In this document: piece by piece, positions 42,637-45,215 of the stretch
Layout: the number at the start of each line of letters is the position of its first letter
How positions within the stretch are numbered: position 1 is the stretch's first letter
IMG/VR virus record: IMGVR_UViG_3300029533_000005
Coordinates: 1-45,215 of that record
Origin: a virus
Direction: 5' to 3' (one strand)
Length of the DNA: 45,215 nt
Made by a program: the position numbers and the translations under genes
Notes under the pieces: generated by a model
Databases searched by the model: none
Told to the model about the DNA's origin: nothing
Seen by the model: the letters and a program-made list of their open reading frames with translations, nothing else

Positions 42637-42785
42637 TGATGTGTTTATGAATTTTATGGCAGTGGTACAACCGTGAAACTGTTTCAACCATGATATTCTC
42701 CTTTCTCCAGACTTGGCATGGTGGTGCCTGTGTTTAAAGAATAGGAGCGATCAGCGGAAAAGTCAACAGGAGGTGGTTGGGGAGA

Positions 42786-43013
42786 GTGAATAGGAAAAGA
42801 ATCGTTGTAGTTTTGACCACTGTGTATATGACACTGGCTTGTCAGATAGTTTTTCTCAAGAAAAAGTTGGTAATACGAATAAAGAGATTTGTTCATTGGT
42901 ACTTTTTTGAGCCAAGGAAAACATTGGTGGAGTGGTTTATGAAAAAATTCCCAAACTTCCCGCTATATGTTTCAATAGTATCTTTACTGCTTGTAATGTT
43001 TCGTTTGAAATAG
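42786..43013 (+). CDS. tail-anchored small membrane protein (FPNFP motif)
   Basis: The C-terminus KKFPNFPLYVSIVSLLLVMF parallels that of the next gene. The start is uncertain (GTG 42786 lies 12 nt after GGAGG). Confidence 0.35.
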   Translation: MNRKRIVVVLTTVYMTLACQIVFLKKKLVIRIKRFVHWYFFEPRKTLVEWFMKKFPNFPLYVSIVSLLLVMFRLK

Positions 43014-43017
43014 GAAA

Positions 43018-43260
43018 GTGAGAAAAATGAGAAAGAAAACCAAGTACGATGATATGTCTTATTTTGAGATTTTGACCGCAATAAATGAGCCTGGTTTTAC
43101 CTACGGGAAAGACGCCAGGGATGCACACAGAGCATTGAAAAAATATGGTGATGGGCTGGCACTCTTTATGAGATACCCAGATTTCCCTTATTTGTTATCT
43201 GCATTTGCTGGAGGGTTTTCAGCGGTTACCGCATTCATCATTTTTCTAAGTTGGAGGTGA
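43018..43260 (+). CDS. tail-anchored small membrane protein (YPDFP motif)
   Basis: The C-terminus is MRYPDFPYLLSAFAGGFSAVTAFIIFL. The alternative ATG at 43027 is possible. Confidence 0.45.
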   Translation: MRKMRKKTKYDDMSYFEILTAINEPGFTYGKDARDAHRALKKYGDGLALFMRYPDFPYLLSAFAGGFSAVTAFIIFLSWR

Positions 43261-43318
43261 TGGGAAACGAAAAAACAATTTATCCTAGAATATGCTGTTC
43301 CGGTGGTATCTTCGATTA

Positions 43319-43657
43319 TTACAGCAATTTTAGTGAATTTATTATTAAAGTTGTGATAATCGAAACCATGATTGGGATAACAACATCTTTAAAAAGTAAC
43401 TTTTTGAGTTCGTAATTTCGTTCTGCTATGTATGACTTTCCCTGTTCAGTAATTTTTACAGAAAGCATTTTTCCATAACGATACGAAACTTGCCCATTAG
43501 TAATCTTAGGGAATGATTCCCTGGAGATATACACAAGATGTTCAGACTCTAAATATTTAGAGATATTTAACTCTTGAGTAGAAAAGCTATTGCAATCAAT
43601 TTCTGTAAAGTGAGAAACGCGCTTTAAAAAATTGTACTGTTCTTTATTAAGGTACAT
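43319..43657 (-). CDS. counter-oriented small protein with a C-terminal TM helix (possible wHTH N-domain)
   Basis: AAAGGAGTG RBS. 112 aa. The C-terminus is VVIPIMVSIITTLIINSL. Confidence 0.5.
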   Translation of the reverse strand: MYLNKEQYNFLKRVSHFTEIDCNSFSTQELNISKYLESEHLVYISRESFPKITNGQVSYRYGKMLSVKITEQGKSYIAERNYELKKLLFKDVVIPIMVSIITTLIINSLKLL

Positions 43658-43707
43658 CGTAAATCACTCCTTTCAATAGGAGTATACCACTGGTTATCAA
43701 AAATGAA

Positions 43708-43741
43708 AACCATAGGTTTTGCAATTAAAAAACCATAGGTT
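43708..43741. promoter_or_regulatory. two copies of the palindromic 11-mer AACCATAGGTT, 23 bp apart (candidate operators)
   Basis: Read directly at 43708-43718 and 43731-43741, in the divergent intergenic region. Confidence 0.5.
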
Positions 43742-43768
43742 ATTAAAAAACACATTTTCCAAAAACCT

Positions 43769-43822
43769 AATGTAAATGTAAAGGTAAAGGAAAATGTAAA
43801 TGCAAATGCAAATGCAAATGTA
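43769..43822. repeat. nine tandem hexamers AA(T/G)G(T/C/A)A
   Basis: Read directly: aatgta aatgta aaggta aaggaa aatgta aatgca aatgca aatgca aatgta. Confidence 0.85.
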
Positions 43823-43944
43823 TTTAATACCGTTTGCGCCGAGCGATAAATCGCTTAGCGCCAGAAGCCACACGTGCAACGTGGTTCGCTCTGGGAAAGG
43901 GGAACGCACTAGATTGACTGTGGGAACGGGGAAAGAGGTGGAAG

Positions 43945-44196
43945 ATGGCAACAGTAAGACCACCAGAGTTTGTTGTAAAGGCTGCATATGCACGGTCGAT
44001 CATCAACCAGAAAGAGGTTGAACTGATGAAAACACCGGATATGATGGCGAAAAGCCTGGTAATGGGACGAGCCACCTACTACCGCAAGCGAAAGAATCCG
44101 GCGGAGTTCACGGTAGGGGAGTTGCAAAGCCTTGCCAGGTTGTTAAAACTCAGTGACGAGGAGTTGCTGGGAATTGTGAGGGGGAAGAGACCATGA
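43945..44196 (+). CDS. small HTH DNA-binding protein
   Basis: PDMMAKSLVMGRATYYRKRKNPAEFTVGELQSLARLLKLSDEELL. GAGGTGG RBS. Confidence 0.5.
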   Translation: MATVRPPEFVVKAAYARSIINQKEVELMKTPDMMAKSLVMGRATYYRKRKNPAEFTVGELQSLARLLKLSDEELLGIVRGKRP

Positions 44197-44351
44197 TCTT
44201 GAGATATTACAAGTACATCAAATGGCCGGAACTTCGGAAAATGTACCGGAGGGAGTGGAGATCTAAAAAGGCCATTGCCAATGTTGTCAAAATGGCATTA
44301 CTTGGGATGATGTGGTGCTGCTTTATTCTCTTCCTGCTTCTGTATGCGTAG
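44193..44351 (+). CDS. small membrane protein (52 aa)
   Basis: Translated by eye. ATGA overlap with the upstream gene. The C-terminal TM is ALLGMMWCCFILFLLLY. Confidence 0.35.
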   Translation: MILRYYKYIKWPELRKMYRREWRSKKAIANVVKMALLGMMWCCFILFLLLYA

Positions 44352-44578
44352 GAGGTGAGAGACACGTTATTTGTGACAGGATTTTTAGCGGGTGTCCTGA
44401 TTGGCACTATTGGCGTAATCGTGATTGCGCTGGTGTACAGTGCAAAGAAAAAATAAAAATGCCCCGGTGGTGATGACAGCACCAGCCGGAGCGTGTAACC
44501 GTTAACACAGACTTAACGGATACGGGAACAGTATAACATTTTCTTCCTGTGTCCGCAAGAGACAAGGAGGAAATTTTT

Positions 44579-44824
44579 ATGGAAAAAAAACCGGACTATG
44601 ATGGGCTGGAAAAGTATTTTGCCTGTGAAGTGATCGAGCAGGCTAAGAAAGACGCTAAGCGGTGGTTTGTCGCTTGGATAATCACTCTAGTGGCACTGAT
44701 CGGAACCAATGGCGTATGGATCTATGTATTCCAGTCCTATGATTACGTTTCCCAGGACGGGAACGGGATCAACTCATATAAGACCGAGATCAATGGAGAT
44801 TTGAACAATGAGCCAGAAAATTAG
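44579..44824 (+). CDS. small single-pass membrane protein
   Basis: Start reset to the ATG after AAGGAGG. The TM is WFVAWIITLVALIGTNGVWIYVF. Confidence 0.5.
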   Translation: MEKKPDYDGLEKYFACEVIEQAKKDAKRWFVAWIITLVALIGTNGVWIYVFQSYDYVSQDGNGINSYKTEINGDLNNEPEN

Positions 44825-44998
44825 GGACAAGAGGAACGGCGTAAGTCGTGGGACTAAGAAGAAAAGGAGAAAAAGGAAATGAAGAAGCCAGAGGAGTAAC
44901 GTCACCAACCAAAAAAAGACCGTCAGTTTGGCAGAACTGGACGGTCAATTAAGAAAAAACATACATGAGTATGATAACAGATTTTGAGGAGAAAAGCA

Positions 44999-45215
44999 AT
45001 GAGGAAGAAGAGAATCGAAAAGAAAGCCGAGAAGCTGCGCAGAAAAAAGATTCATGATGTTCTGGATATGGTCTTGGAAATCAATACCACATATCCAAGA
45101 CAAAGGAAAAACACTGGAACCATGCCAACAGCGTTTTTTGACTTTTCTGGGCATGTATCAAGGGTTTATGTCCAGATAATCAAAGACGGGTGGAATAGTA
45201 ACAGTAATCTGAATA
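44999..45215 (+). CDS. N-terminal part of the wrap-around hypothetical protein (continues at 3..191)
   Basis: ATG 44999 is open to the window end. The frame continues through the terminal repeat. Confidence 0.5.
   Translation, partial: MRKKRIEKKAEKLRRKKIHDVLDMVLEINTTYPRQRKNTGTMPTAFFDFSGHVSRVYVQIIKDGWNSNSNLN
45135..45215. repeat. 81-bp terminal direct repeat identical to 1..81
   Basis: Read directly. Confidence 0.9.

Noticed and set aside
42491-42896. Decayed HNH endonuclease on the minus strand (LYHCHKIHKH looks like the C-terminal HNH histidines)
   Set aside because: No upstream CxxC/HH half is present. The two minus ORFs are in different frames and have implausible sequence. The plus-strand gene explains most of the region.
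43769-43822. CRISPR-like array
   Set aside because: The units are only 6 nt long and contiguous, with no spacers. This is a microsatellite-like tandem repeat.
43697-44021. Track ORFs reading through the hexamer array (43697..43993 minus, 43800..44021 plus, 43824..44075 minus, 43909..44127 minus)
   Set aside because: Their translations are repeat-derived (MQMQMQ, ICICICIYIFLYLYIYI). They lack RBSs and overlap a better HTH gene. They are treated as artefacts of the repeat.

Overview
The window is a complete, about 45.1 kb temperate siphovirus-type phage or prophage genome. Its first 81 bases are identical to its last 81, so the contig closes on itself. The gene content points to a Gram-positive, probably Clostridia-like host: an ImmR/ImmA switch, cell-wall-binding repeats, YopX and Gp157/Rad52-type recombination genes. 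Gene order on the + strand is as follows. An early recombination and DNA-metabolism module with many tiny zinc-ribbon ORFs spans 175-9584. Packaging and head genes span 9684-14850. A 5.6 kb non-structural insertion spans 14879-20426. Scaffold, capsid, connector and tail genes span 20505-36334. A recombinase island spans 36339-38532. attP, integrase and the immunity region span 38599-42358, followed by early accessory genes. The strongest finding is a shufflon-like system at the last tail-fibre gene. Four copies of an 11-mer, TAAATAGCAA(T), alternate in orientation and sit in the same reading phase. They flank two start-less, convergent C-terminal coding cassettes and a Xer/Rci-like tyrosine recombinase gene. 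This predicts inversion-driven switching of the receptor-binding end of the fibre. Other notable items are listed below.
- A seven-gene orphan cassette inside the head module has spore-surface-like features.
- A counter-oriented AP2/RHH operon has a consensus promoter.
- A bipartite motif is shared upstream of the terminase genes and the tRNA/capsid block.
- An HsdM-like methyltransferase cassette is bracketed by 21-bp direct repeats.
- A non-canonical tRNA-like gene lies beside a tRNA-Met.
- A conserved element precedes both the capsid and the tail-tube genes.
- The lysis genes are dispersed.
- attP is built on a tRNA 3' fragment with tandem arm-type repeats.
All functional calls come from reading the translations and motifs by eye. 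No database search was run.
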